From contig CAUPVL010000001.1 in NCBI GenBank assembly GCA_963514865.1, forward strand, positions 1 through 33,519: a stretch of 33,519 bases of DNA. The letters run 5' to 3'. The stretch's first letter is position 1, and each line of letters starts with the position of its first letter. A model generated the notes under the pieces. The model was not told the DNA's origin and ran no database searches. It was given only the letters and a program-made list of their open reading frames with translations. Below are positions 19,127 to 27,710 of this stretch, piece by piece. The stretch comes from an uncultured Candidatus Saccharibacteria bacterium. GTDB lineage: Bacteria; Patescibacteriota; Saccharimonadia; Saccharimonadales; Saccharimonadaceae. The translations under genes were made by a program, and so were the position numbers.

Positions 19127-20927
19127 GGGGGTCACCTCCCCAGAAGCGGGAGACCGTGACGTCCGCTTTGAGCTGGAATTTCGTTTCACAAAGATCATCT
19201 GCCTTTTCCATGGTAGACTTGACAATTTGGGCTACCTTCCGTGCGTGCTTACGTGGAGCGGTGAGGCATACGCTGTCGTGCACGGTAGTAATAAGCTTAG
19301 CCCCAAAACGCCGCAAACGCAAATCCCCAGATAAACGAGCTAAACTTACTAGCATTAGGTCACTCCCGGTGGATTGCACGGGTGAATTGATGGCTTGACG
19401 GAAGGCATTTTCTTGGACCCAAAAGTCAGGACTGTAGACCTTGGGTAGATGGCGCACCCGTCCAAATGCATTGACCACACAGCCATGATTTATGGCGAAT
19501 CGTCGCTGTTCACGGTACCACTCTGGCAATCGGTTGAAGGTCCGGAAGTACTCCCTGCGGAATTCTTCTGCCTCTGTGGGAGAAATGATAAGGCCATAAT
19601 TCTCTTGTAGGTAGTTGGCAAAGTGCTTAGATTGCATACCATAGAGGAATCCGAAATTCACGCCCTTTGCTAAGGTCCGCTGAGTTTTGGTCACTTCCTT
19701 CTCACCAGTGAGGCGTTGAGCTATATAAGTGTGGATGTCCACACCCTCTTGGAATAGCCTCTGCATGGTGGGCTCATTGGCCAGGACAGCAGCTACCCTC
19801 AGCTCCAGCTGGGAGTAATCAGCCTCGATCCAGAGGTCTGTAGGATCACCGAATAAGGTCCGGATCTGGGGATCCCGGGGAATCTGCTGAGCATTAATCC
19901 CAGGATTGTCCGGAGCAGGGCTAGCGCTGCTGAGCCTACCTGTGACAGTCCCTGTCAGGCGGAAGCTCGTAGGGATGCGTCCATCTACAGAACGGTCCCG
20001 TAGAGGGACTATGAATCCAGTATGCAACTTATGTAGCGTGCTGCGATCCCGGAGGAGCTTAGCCGCCGGATGTGTGAGCTTTGCCAAGGCAGACTGCGAC
20101 AGGGACGGACTCCCCTCTGGCCAATGCTTGCTAGACTTCCCCCGGGATACTATAGGAGCCCCCATATGGTCAAATAGCCACCATCGGGTCCAGTTGGTAT
20201 TGCCCCACTTGGGGGTAGATTTTTGCAGGTAGTCAGGCCACTGCTCCCTGGGAGGGATGGAGGCATCTAGTGTGTGGTCTATGGCTTGGAGTTGCTCCGT
20301 GATCTCTGCTGAGACCACACCCAGTCGGTCCATCCGTATGGGTAGACGGTTATCCTCCATCTGGGTGAGCGGTCGGATCGCTGGAATCATGATATTGGTC
20401 ATGACCCATTCAGCACTACCTCCCGGTGGTTGGTGACGCTTGAGCTGACGCTGCTGATAGCGCATCAGCTCTCTGGTGACGTAGACGTCCTTAGCTACGT
20501 ACTGACATAATGCGTCATTGACCCTAGTAAGATGACTAATCTCTCCCAGAGTCCAGTCACTATACCCCAGGAGCCTCATCCCTAGATTCTTCAGGCCGAC
20601 CTTAGCGTTCTCGTCCAGTAGGTGAGCCATAAGCATAGTATCCCACGTGCAATCCACGGTAGCTCCATAATGACGTAGCCACCGTAGGTCAAAATGCGCG
20701 TTGTGGAACACTCCTCGGGAGAGACGGAGCTTTGCGATGTCTGCATCAGTCTTAGGGATCCAGACTATGACCTGCTTGCTCCGTAGGGGGGCGAATCCAA
20801 TGCAGAGAATCCGCCCCTTCCCTATGGCGAGGGATGTAGTCTCGATATCACAGATTATTGGGTCTTTCCTGCTTGCTAAGTAGGTAGTAAGCCGGTCTGC
20901 ATCTTGTGATATCGAGATCTTCATCAT
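19113..20927 (-). CDS. Family A DNA polymerase with 3'-5' exonuclease
   Basis: Exonuclease motifs DIETT, HNAHFD, YVAKD; polymerase motifs TGRLSS, ADYSQLELR, KGVNFGFLYG, VHDS. Confidence 0.96.
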   Translation of the reverse strand: MMKISISQDADRLTTYLASRKDPIICDIETTSLAIGKGRILCIGFAPLRSKQVIVWIPKTDADIAKLRLSRGVFHNAHFDLRWLRHYGATVDCTWDTMLMAHLLDENAKVGLKNLGMRLLGYSDWTLGEISHLTRVNDALCQYVAKDVYVTRELMRYQQRQLKRHQPPGGSAEWVMTNIMIPAIRPLTQMEDNRLPIRMDRLGVVSAEITEQLQAIDHTLDASIPPREQWPDYLQKSTPKWGNTNWTRWWLFDHMGAPIVSRGKSSKHWPEGSPSLSQSALAKLTHPAAKLLRDRSTLHKLHTGFIVPLRDRSVDGRIPTSFRLTGTVTGRLSSASPAPDNPGINAQQIPRDPQIRTLFGDPTDLWIEADYSQLELRVAAVLANEPTMQRLFQEGVDIHTYIAQRLTGEKEVTKTQRTLAKGVNFGFLYGMQSKHFANYLQENYGLIISPTEAEEFRREYFRTFNRLPEWYREQRRFAINHGCVVNAFGRVRHLPKVYSPDFWVQENAFRQAINSPVQSTGSDLMLVSLARLSGDLRLRRFGAKLITTVHDSVCLTAPRKHARKVAQIVKSTMEKADDLCETKFQLKADVTVSRFWGGDPLATY

Positions 20928-20945
20928 ATTCCTCTCTGTGTGGTC

Positions 20946-21479
20946 TTACCGAGTGCGACGGATCCGGCGCCGACGTTGCGTAGACTTTGTACCCCGCTCA
21001 GCAGCGGGAGCCTCCAGCTCATCCTCCGTGAGGGAGAGGACTGTCTGCTCTGGTAGTGCTTCTGGAGAATCTTGGACCTGCACAATATCAAGACCCTCAG
21101 ATACCACATCTGTTACATCTTCATCTTCAAAGTCTTCTAGCTGAGGCTGAGGTGCCTTAGGGTCCTTCTTAGAAGGCTTCTTGGTCGTCTTCTTGGAGGA
21201 CTTCTTAGTAGCTGGTTTAGCTTCCTTCTTAGCCACCGGACGGGCTAGCTCCCAGCCAGAGGGGAGATCAGGAGCATTGGTGATGGCTCGCTCAACCAGG
21301 TCATCAAAGATGTCCTCGTCGATGTATTCGATGAATGCTTGCCATGCAATCGCTCGCATAGCCTTATAGCGAGCTTTCTGTACATCAATACCTAGGGCTT
21401 CAACCATCCGGTTGATACCAGCATCCACGATGTCCTTGTCAGTAGGAGTAGATTCTGCCTTCTGGGCTTTGGATACCAT
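20946..21479 (-). CDS. Hypothetical protein with Lys-rich, acidic and Arg-rich C-terminal segments
   Basis: AGAAAGG RBS; own promoter; 177 aa. Confidence 0.8.
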   Translation of the reverse strand: MVSKAQKAESTPTDKDIVDAGINRMVEALGIDVQKARYKAMRAIAWQAFIEYIDEDIFDDLVERAITNAPDLPSGWELARPVAKKEAKPATKKSSKKTTKKPSKKDPKAPQPQLEDFEDEDVTDVVSEGLDIVQVQDSPEALPEQTVLSLTEDELEAPAAERGTKSTQRRRRIRRTR

Positions 21480-21533
21480 AGTGGTACACCTTTCTGTGTG
21501 AGTGTGAGTGCCTTGTGCTCCTCACTGAAAACG

Positions 21534-21562
21534 ATTATAGCACACATCCACTTGGAACGCAA
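21534..21562 (-). promoter_or_regulatory. Sigma70-type promoter for the replication operon
   Basis: On the minus strand: TTGCGT, 17-nt spacer, TATAAT with extended TGn. Confidence 0.8.
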
Positions 21563-21565
21563 ATG

Positions 21566-22969
21566 CTAAGTAAGAAGGTAGTTTCTGGGCTTAATACGAG
21601 CGATAGTTTTTTCCAGGTGAGTGTGGTCTTCTTCTAGGGTAATCCACACGTCCATGTCAACAGACCCTCGACCACAGAGGAACCACACCTTCGGCTTCTG
21701 AGGGGACAATTTGATACGGTCAGAAGCTTGCTTATACGTCACGTAGTTGAAGTCAGAAGAATACCAAATCAAGTTGCTAGCTGCTGAAATGTCCACGGCC
21801 ATGCTTACCGTCCTGGGCTGGACTATCAGCACATGAACGGTGCCCTGCTGGAATTCCTGGAGTACTTCATTCTTCTGCTTGGTAGATCCTTGGATCACCC
21901 TATAGGATAGCCTCAGGTGACGGTCCATATACTTGGTGAGTAGGCGAATCTCCTCCAGGTGAGTACAGCAGATGATGGTCTTACCCAGTCCTTTCTTACA
22001 GAACAGCCATTGCAGCACTTGGAGACGACGATTGAGCGCAGGATGATATGTGACGGGGATTCCTTTATCGTCCTTAGCCCACCCAGCTACCAGTGTACGC
22101 ATCCTGAGGAGTCGCGTCATTGGATATAGACCAAGAATCATGTGACCACACAGCTGTACTACCCCATCCCGCTCCATAGTCCGGAGCTTAGACTGCACCT
22201 CCTCCGGGAGGGGATAGTCCACCCGGATGGTGCGTAAGTGGTGCTTTGGACCAGCCATAGTTACCACATCTGGTTGGATGTAGGTGTGCATCTCATACTG
22301 ACGGATAGGACGCACTAGCTCTGGATATCCTCGGTATGTAGTCCACTCGCCAAAGTACTCCCGGAAGTCCCTAGCAGTATGCCACTTCTCCCTGATCTGG
22401 GGATTCAGGAATGTCCACTGACCATAGATTGCATCTACCTGACCAGGATTTGTCACCGGAGTGCCTGTGACGATGAGTCGGTATTTCCATTGCTCGGCTA
22501 GAGGACGGATGTGACGCCCACGGATGGAAGAAGGAGATTTAATCATATGGGACTCATCCAGGATCATAGCTCCTTGCCCATTTGCCCATTTGCTAAGAGC
22601 CCGGAGATATGGGCTTAGCCTCTTGAACGGCACCTTGTCAAACTGCTCATAATTGACAAAGAGTAAGGCCATATGACGGAACTCCTGCACCGAGGGATAA
22701 TCATTCCCCACAGTGAGTGGATAGAATTGATACTGTGTGGTAAACCACTTAGAAGCCTCCGTCCTCCAGACTTGCTCTGCAATCTTTGGACCTACGATCA
22801 CTACGACTTTAGGCTTTAGATGCTCTAACCATCGCAGACATACAGCGGTCTTACCGGAGCGAGGCTCTGCCCATAGGGCTGCATAGGCCCTACCAGGCTC
22901 GCAGAGCTTAGCTAGAGCAACCTGCTGAGACTCTCGCAGCACTAGGGGAGGGGAAGACGGAGATTTCAT
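21566..22969 (-). CDS. SNF2-like SF2 DNA helicase
   Basis: EPRSGKT, ILDESH, VTGTP, QASDRI motifs. Confidence 0.9.
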   Translation of the reverse strand: MKSPSSPPLVLRESQQVALAKLCEPGRAYAALWAEPRSGKTAVCLRWLEHLKPKVVVIVGPKIAEQVWRTEASKWFTTQYQFYPLTVGNDYPSVQEFRHMALLFVNYEQFDKVPFKRLSPYLRALSKWANGQGAMILDESHMIKSPSSIRGRHIRPLAEQWKYRLIVTGTPVTNPGQVDAIYGQWTFLNPQIREKWHTARDFREYFGEWTTYRGYPELVRPIRQYEMHTYIQPDVVTMAGPKHHLRTIRVDYPLPEEVQSKLRTMERDGVVQLCGHMILGLYPMTRLLRMRTLVAGWAKDDKGIPVTYHPALNRRLQVLQWLFCKKGLGKTIICCTHLEEIRLLTKYMDRHLRLSYRVIQGSTKQKNEVLQEFQQGTVHVLIVQPRTVSMAVDISAASNLIWYSSDFNYVTYKQASDRIKLSPQKPKVWFLCGRGSVDMDVWITLEEDHTHLEKTIARIKPRNYLLT

Positions 22970-22979
22970 GCTAGTGGTC

Positions 22980-23552
22980 CTATCGCTTAGTGGGCTTAAT
23001 ACAGTGGAAGATCACGCTGTGCTTCTGATGCTGGAGCTTAGGATTCTCCACGATCTTCTGATGCTGAGACTCTATCAGCTCTGCCATATCCTGCACAGCT
23101 TCTACATCTACATCTAATGGATCGTGGGGGTGCTCCACAGTCTTAGGATTCAGCATCACCGCTAGCGCCAGAGCATAGCCATAGGCTATCCCCTCACTGA
23201 ATGCGGCTTCCTGGTCGTCCTCAGCAATGGAATCACTGTGAGCATCCAAGTACAGATCATGATACAGATTGAGCAGCTTATGGCGCATATTCCCGCCGAC
23301 CTGCTCACTAGCTCGTAAGACGGCATTGAATCGGAGGTCAGGCTCATCTACATACTGATACTGGGATGTAAGAATGTAGTCTACAATCTGGTCACTGGAC
23401 TCACATCCCTCATCAAGAGCCTCATCAATAGCATCAATGAGAATTTGCCGAGCAGCACCCACTCCAGCCAGATTGTCACGAGTGTTGTCCACCACACTGT
23501 AGAGCACACCACGCAGACCGTACTGAGCGTAGGGGTTATACTGGTCACCCAT
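22980..23552 (-). CDS. Hypothetical protein, paralog A
   Basis: AAGGAGG RBS; aligns over nearly its full length with the 24803-25312 product. Confidence 0.85.
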   Translation of the reverse strand: MGDQYNPYAQYGLRGVLYSVVDNTRDNLAGVGAARQILIDAIDEALDEGCESSDQIVDYILTSQYQYVDEPDLRFNAVLRASEQVGGNMRHKLLNLYHDLYLDAHSDSIAEDDQEAAFSEGIAYGYALALAVMLNPKTVEHPHDPLDVDVEAVQDMAELIESQHQKIVENPKLQHQKHSVIFHCIKPTKR

Positions 23553-23554
23553 GG

Positions 23555-24250
23555 CTAGCTACCCTCCTTATAAGCGGGATCGATCAAGCGTCGGACATTT
23601 TCATAATGCTTAGAGACGTAATCATGCACGAGGTCATCTCCGGTGAGTCCAGCAGCGAGGTACAAATCTAGGATGAAGTGTAGCACATCGGCTAGCTCCT
23701 CCCGATAGGCTTCTACATCACGGATGCCACAGCTAGCCTTCCATGGCTTCCAGTGGACCTCGTGGAGGAGCTCGTGGAGCTCATCAGTAGCGCACAGCAC
23801 CGTCTGACGAATGTATGAGGAAACAGCTGCACCATCGTCGAGATCTGGCAGACGTCCCCATGCCTGCTCCAGGCTCGTCTGGAGAGTGAGCAGCTCATCG
23901 ACGATAGATGAGTCTGAGGAGACCCCTGACTGGACGTTAACATAGGCGGAATCAAGGGTGGACTTAGAAACCACCATAGGGACTCCAGAATAGTCAACTG
24001 CAATGTACATTCCTGGATACGCCTTCAGCAGGATGCCCATGGAGTTGATCTGGACATAATCACGGACCACACGCCAGGAAAAGTCCTTGGTGGCGCCGGG
24101 AACCGGAGCCCCGAGCAGGTCCTCCAGGTCTTCCATCATGCGATTGATGAGGCTAACCTCATGCTCCTCCTCGGAGTGCAGATCACACTCAGGTACTGGG
24201 ACTACAGTCACCAGATAGCCTCCATGTCGGGATCGCATATGAATAGCCAT
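23555..24250 (-). CDS. All-alpha (MazG / dimeric dUTPase-like) nucleotide pyrophosphatase with N-terminal extra domain
   Basis: DELHELLHEVHWKPWK, EELADVLHF, YVSKHYENVRR motifs. Confidence 0.85.
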   Translation of the reverse strand: MAIHMRSRHGGYLVTVVPVPECDLHSEEEHEVSLINRMMEDLEDLLGAPVPGATKDFSWRVVRDYVQINSMGILLKAYPGMYIAVDYSGVPMVVSKSTLDSAYVNVQSGVSSDSSIVDELLTLQTSLEQAWGRLPDLDDGAAVSSYIRQTVLCATDELHELLHEVHWKPWKASCGIRDVEAYREELADVLHFILDLYLAAGLTGDDLVHDYVSKHYENVRRLIDPAYKEGS

Positions 24251-24810
24251 TAGAGTTCCTCACTTTCGGTAGATTGATTGTATGAGCGGAGTACGCCTTT
24301 GTAGCGTCCGCATAGAGCTTGAAGGGCTGAGTGGAGAGCAGGCCACTCGTCCTGGAGACGGGACTTCTGTGCTTGCATCAGGCGCTTGGCATTAGGTGGT
24401 GGGTAGGTATACACCTGGTATAGCCGGTCCAAAGCACGGTCCAGCTGTCCCTCAGGAGAATCCACGCAGACCTCCTGATAGAAATCATGCATGCCCCACT
24501 GTTGGAGTCGCCTGCACATCTGGCTGGAGGAAACCACATCATGCTCAATGATGGTACGGAAGTTCCGCTCACGGATCCAATACTCACACCGTCCACGGAT
24601 GCCAACAGATACGTGCATGACCTCGGACTGGTCCTTCCGCATGAGCAAGACAGTCTTGTGACCCTTCCCCCCGACCACACGGAAGCCACTAATCCAATCA
24701 CATCCCTGAGCTACACGAGCCAGACTCAGGGAGCTGCTCAGGTCGAATCGCTCGCTTACTCGTCGGGGAGTTTCTTCAGACTGTCGTCGAGTAGATTTTA
24801 CGCTAGACAC
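24250..24810 (-). CDS. Hypothetical protein
   Basis: Open frame filling the operon; GTG 24810 follows a GAGGAG RBS (ATG 24828 is an alternative). Confidence 0.65.
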   Translation of the reverse strand: MSSVKSTRRQSEETPRRVSERFDLSSSLSLARVAQGCDWISGFRVVGGKGHKTVLLMRKDQSEVMHVSVGIRGRCEYWIRERNFRTIIEHDVVSSSQMCRRLQQWGMHDFYQEVCVDSPEGQLDRALDRLYQVYTYPPPNAKRLMQAQKSRLQDEWPALHSALQALCGRYKGVLRSYNQSTESEEL

Positions 24811-25312
24811 GACTGTGATTCTCCTCATGCTGATGGATTGCCATATCGGTGAGGCGGTCCACCTGGCCCCAATCCACATAATGAGGATTAGTGGGGTCCT
24901 CCACCTGGATGGGATTGTACATGATGGTCATAGCCTCCATAAATCCGCGAGCCTCTGCTAGTGCCACCTGCTCGGATTCAGCAGTATCACTCTCCAGGAC
25001 GATTCCGATCAGATCCTCATAGGAATTATGCAGCTTAAATGTGGTATTAGACCCTACCACACTCCCCGCTTTCAGTACGGCATTGAAGCGCTCTGCACGA
25101 TCCTCCACCATAGGGAATGTAGATGTGACCAGATACTGAGCCACCTGCTCGCTAGTCACCATCCCCTGGTCTAGGGCCTCCTGGATGGCGGTAGCGATTA
25201 CCTGCTTGGTCGTAGCTCCAGGGGGGAATACATCCTCCCTGGCCTGATACACAGTGAATAAGATTCCTCGCCCTCCGTATACCGGAGGTGTGTGGTCTGG
25301 ATTAGTGGTCAT
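24803..25312 (-). CDS. Hypothetical protein, paralog B
   Basis: ATG 25312 overlaps the kinase 3' end; aligns with the 22980-23552 product. Confidence 0.85.
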   Translation of the reverse strand: MTTNPDHTPPVYGGRGILFTVYQAREDVFPPGATTKQVIATAIQEALDQGMVTSEQVAQYLVTSTFPMVEDRAERFNAVLKAGSVVGSNTTFKLHNSYEDLIGIVLESDTAESEQVALAEARGFMEAMTIMYNPIQVEDPTNPHYVDWGQVDRLTDMAIHQHEENHSRV

Positions 25313-25922
25313 CAGAGGCCTTCTTTCCCTCCAGAATGGATTCATACATGCCAACCAGCTCATCCACCTTCTGGAGGTATTCCAACAGAGTGGCTGGATT
25401 ACGCACCGAGCGCTTCCAGTCACGAGGGACCACTCCCCTGGTATATGAGCTCAGCACCTTGTAGTCATGGTTATCGTCTACATCTACCTCCACCATAGTG
25501 ATGGACTTGAAGATCTGTACATCTGAGTCCAGACCATTCATGCGTAGCAGCATCTCACTGATGACTTGATATCCGTAGTTCACAACTACGAGGTCCCCTG
25601 GAGCGTAAAGCTCATCCTGGATTTTTCCAGCTCGGGAGGACTTATGAGTCATGATCACCAAGTGAGTCTCGGGCGCCGGGAAAACTCGCCGGACGCGGTC
25701 ATCATTCCACTCGTAGCTTGGCATACTTAGCCGGTAGACCAGATGAGTGAGCCAATCAATCCGGTCAAAGCAATAGATCTGATCTGGCTTTTCCTGAAGA
25801 GAGCCAACCACATCGTGGTAGTCGTGGACCGTCATATTGTAGATAGGTGTCCCAGCGGTAGATAGCTCACGAGCCACCGTAGACTTACCGACCTTATCCG
25901 GTCCTTCGAATGCAATAATCAT
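25302..25922 (-). CDS. Thymidylate-kinase-like deoxynucleoside monophosphate kinase
   Basis: IIAFEGPDKVGKST P-loop and FDR...LVY motif. Confidence 0.85.
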   Translation of the reverse strand: MIIAFEGPDKVGKSTVARELSTAGTPIYNMTVHDYHDVVGSLQEKPDQIYCFDRIDWLTHLVYRLSMPSYEWNDDRVRRVFPAPETHLVIMTHKSSRAGKIQDELYAPGDLVVVNYGYQVISEMLLRMNGLDSDVQIFKSITMVEVDVDDNHDYKVLSSYTRGVVPRDWKRSVRNPATLLEYLQKVDELVGMYESILEGKKASDDH

Positions 25923-25940
25923 AATATCATCCTTTCTGAG

Positions 25941-26882
25941 CTAGAAAAGCTCATCCATAGGAGTAGTGACGGGTGTGGCGCCTGAATCTTTATACCATTG
26001 ATTCCAGCGAATCCCTATTCGCATCACTCCTCCCAGCTTATTCTTATATGACGCCTTGAGATACTGATGTACACTAGGATAATGCACCAAGGCATTATCC
26101 ATATCGATCTGCCGACCTTGTGCCGTCATAGGATCCAGTGGCACCTGCGACGGCAAAGCTCCATCTTGATCATAGGCTACAGCAGTGAGTGTGAACCATC
26201 CTAGGCGACGCTGGAGGCACTCCAGGCTCATAGCCAGATCTTCCCCATGGAAGTGGAAAGCCTCTGGCAGACCACTGACCGGATAGCGATCTATGTCAAT
26301 GAATAGCACACACGAGGGAAATTGACCTCCATTGACCTTAGCTCCTACCCTGGTGTCCACACCACCACTGAATAAAGCATTGCGAGCAGCTCCATAAACC
26401 ACCCCAGGGTCTCCACTGAGCAGGGAGCTAGCCATGGTGCAGGCTACGCCTAGGGTGCGGAGGGTGGACTCGGGCTCGGAGATACTAGAGACCTTGCTGG
26501 AGTATCGGCGGGTGTGCGGGAGCTTGCCCTCCCGTGGGATGCGCTGGAGCAGTGATAAATGACGAATATCATCATCCATCATCACAATCCGGTGATGTCC
26601 AGCCTGTCGGGCGTGATTGATAGCAGCAAAGCGTGCTACGCCTAGGCCTCCACTGGGTGGTGGGGACATAGCAGCCCATGGGTGTGCCTTATGGTAGGCA
26701 TCCTGCTCCTCCGGGAGAACAATAAGGTGTACCCGTCGCTGGACGCTACGCGGAGCCTGATTCAGCATCTGGAGCAAGGGAGCCCTCCCCGCACGACCAC
26801 ACGTAGGGATGTACATCGGCCACAGCCATGATGTGCGTGCCCTGTAGAAATAGGGGATGTGATGATTTACGAATTCATCCAT
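25941..26882 (-). CDS. GT-A glycosyltransferase (TAGT/GREB1-like, putative DNA-base glycosyltransferase)
   Basis: YIPTCGRA, GLGVAR, VMMDDDI and GEDL motifs; start ATG 26882 just after the upstream stop. Confidence 0.8.
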   Translation of the reverse strand: MDEFVNHHIPYFYRARTSWLWPMYIPTCGRAGRAPLLQMLNQAPRSVQRRVHLIVLPEEQDAYHKAHPWAAMSPPPSGGLGVARFAAINHARQAGHHRIVMMDDDIRHLSLLQRIPREGKLPHTRRYSSKVSSISEPESTLRTLGVACTMASSLLSGDPGVVYGAARNALFSGGVDTRVGAKVNGGQFPSCVLFIDIDRYPVSGLPEAFHFHGEDLAMSLECLQRRLGWFTLTAVAYDQDGALPSQVPLDPMTAQGRQIDMDNALVHYPSVHQYLKASYKNKLGGVMRIGIRWNQWYKDSGATPVTTPMDELF

Positions 26883-26883
26883 G

Positions 26884-27618
26884 TTACTTGTTGTCCTTCC
26901 AGATCTTACGCATATCTGCTTCCATGATGCTATGAGCTTCATTCTCCAGCATTTCCAGATGACGCGGATACACATGCAGATTCGCCACCTGGAATACAAC
27001 CTCACCAGGCCTGACCTCGGGATAAACTGCACTTAAGTCCTTGACCATAAGGTAGCGCAGATAGTCCCACATGCTGTAGTCAGCACGGTAGCCCCATACA
27101 GCGTCCATGCTACGCATCTGAGCCAGGATATGGAGGTGGTTATCTGCATCAACCATGAAGTTCAATGCATTTGTGCAGATGAAGTCATTCTTCCCACCCT
27201 CAGTGGCCATTGCGTGGACGCCCCGATCTGACATGATGACCACACTGTGACGGGTGTGGAGTCCCTCGTTGAGGAATGCGTCTAGGGCGTGATCGTACAG
27301 GGAGCGATTATCACCAGAAGCTGACTGATTGAAGAGAATGTGTCCGTATGCGCTGTTGACGTTCCCTTCTGGGTCTGCACATGCCTGGAAGGCCTGAGGA
27401 ACAGGGGGAGTCATGTCATGCAAGCTATTTGAACCTGAGAGGAACCATTCCAGCTCCCGACGGACCCAATCTTCATTCCTCCTGCCAATCATGGACTTGC
27501 GGTCTGCAATCCAGCTAGCTCCATATACGGCCTTATTTCCCGTCCGGGGGTCAACTGGAGCTTTATACAGCTCCAGCACCATTTGATCACACCTCATATT
27601 GGTGACAATAGGGATCAT
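26884..27618 (-). CDS. Thymidylate-synthase-fold enzyme, dCMP hydroxymethylase-like (T4 gp42 type)
   Basis: RELEW, NSAYG, DFICTN, MRSMD..WGYRAD and NLHVY motifs; Asp at the position where dUMP-specific ThyA has Asn. Confidence 0.85.
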   Translation of the reverse strand: MIPIVTNMRCDQMVLELYKAPVDPRTGNKAVYGASWIADRKSMIGRRNEDWVRRELEWFLSGSNSLHDMTPPVPQAFQACADPEGNVNSAYGHILFNQSASGDNRSLYDHALDAFLNEGLHTRHSVVIMSDRGVHAMATEGGKNDFICTNALNFMVDADNHLHILAQMRSMDAVWGYRADYSMWDYLRYLMVKDLSAVYPEVRPGEVVFQVANLHVYPRHLEMLENEAHSIMEADMRKIWKDNK

Positions 27619-27666
27619 GGTATCATCCTTTCTGCGGGAGGTCCCGCGGTAGTGCTGCTAGGTGCC

Positions 27667-27695
27667 ATTATGTACCACATGGTGTGGTATGGCAA
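27667..27695 (-). promoter_or_regulatory. Leftward promoter for the modification/replication arm
   Basis: On the minus strand: TTGCCA, 17-nt spacer, CATAAT. Confidence 0.7.
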
Positions 27696-27710
27696 ATGCT
27701 AAGGTAACGC

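Noticed and set aside
26884..27618. Canonical thymidylate synthase (thyA)
   Set aside because: Lacks the PCH and PFN motifs; has ICT and an Asp at the specificity position, as in T4 gp42.
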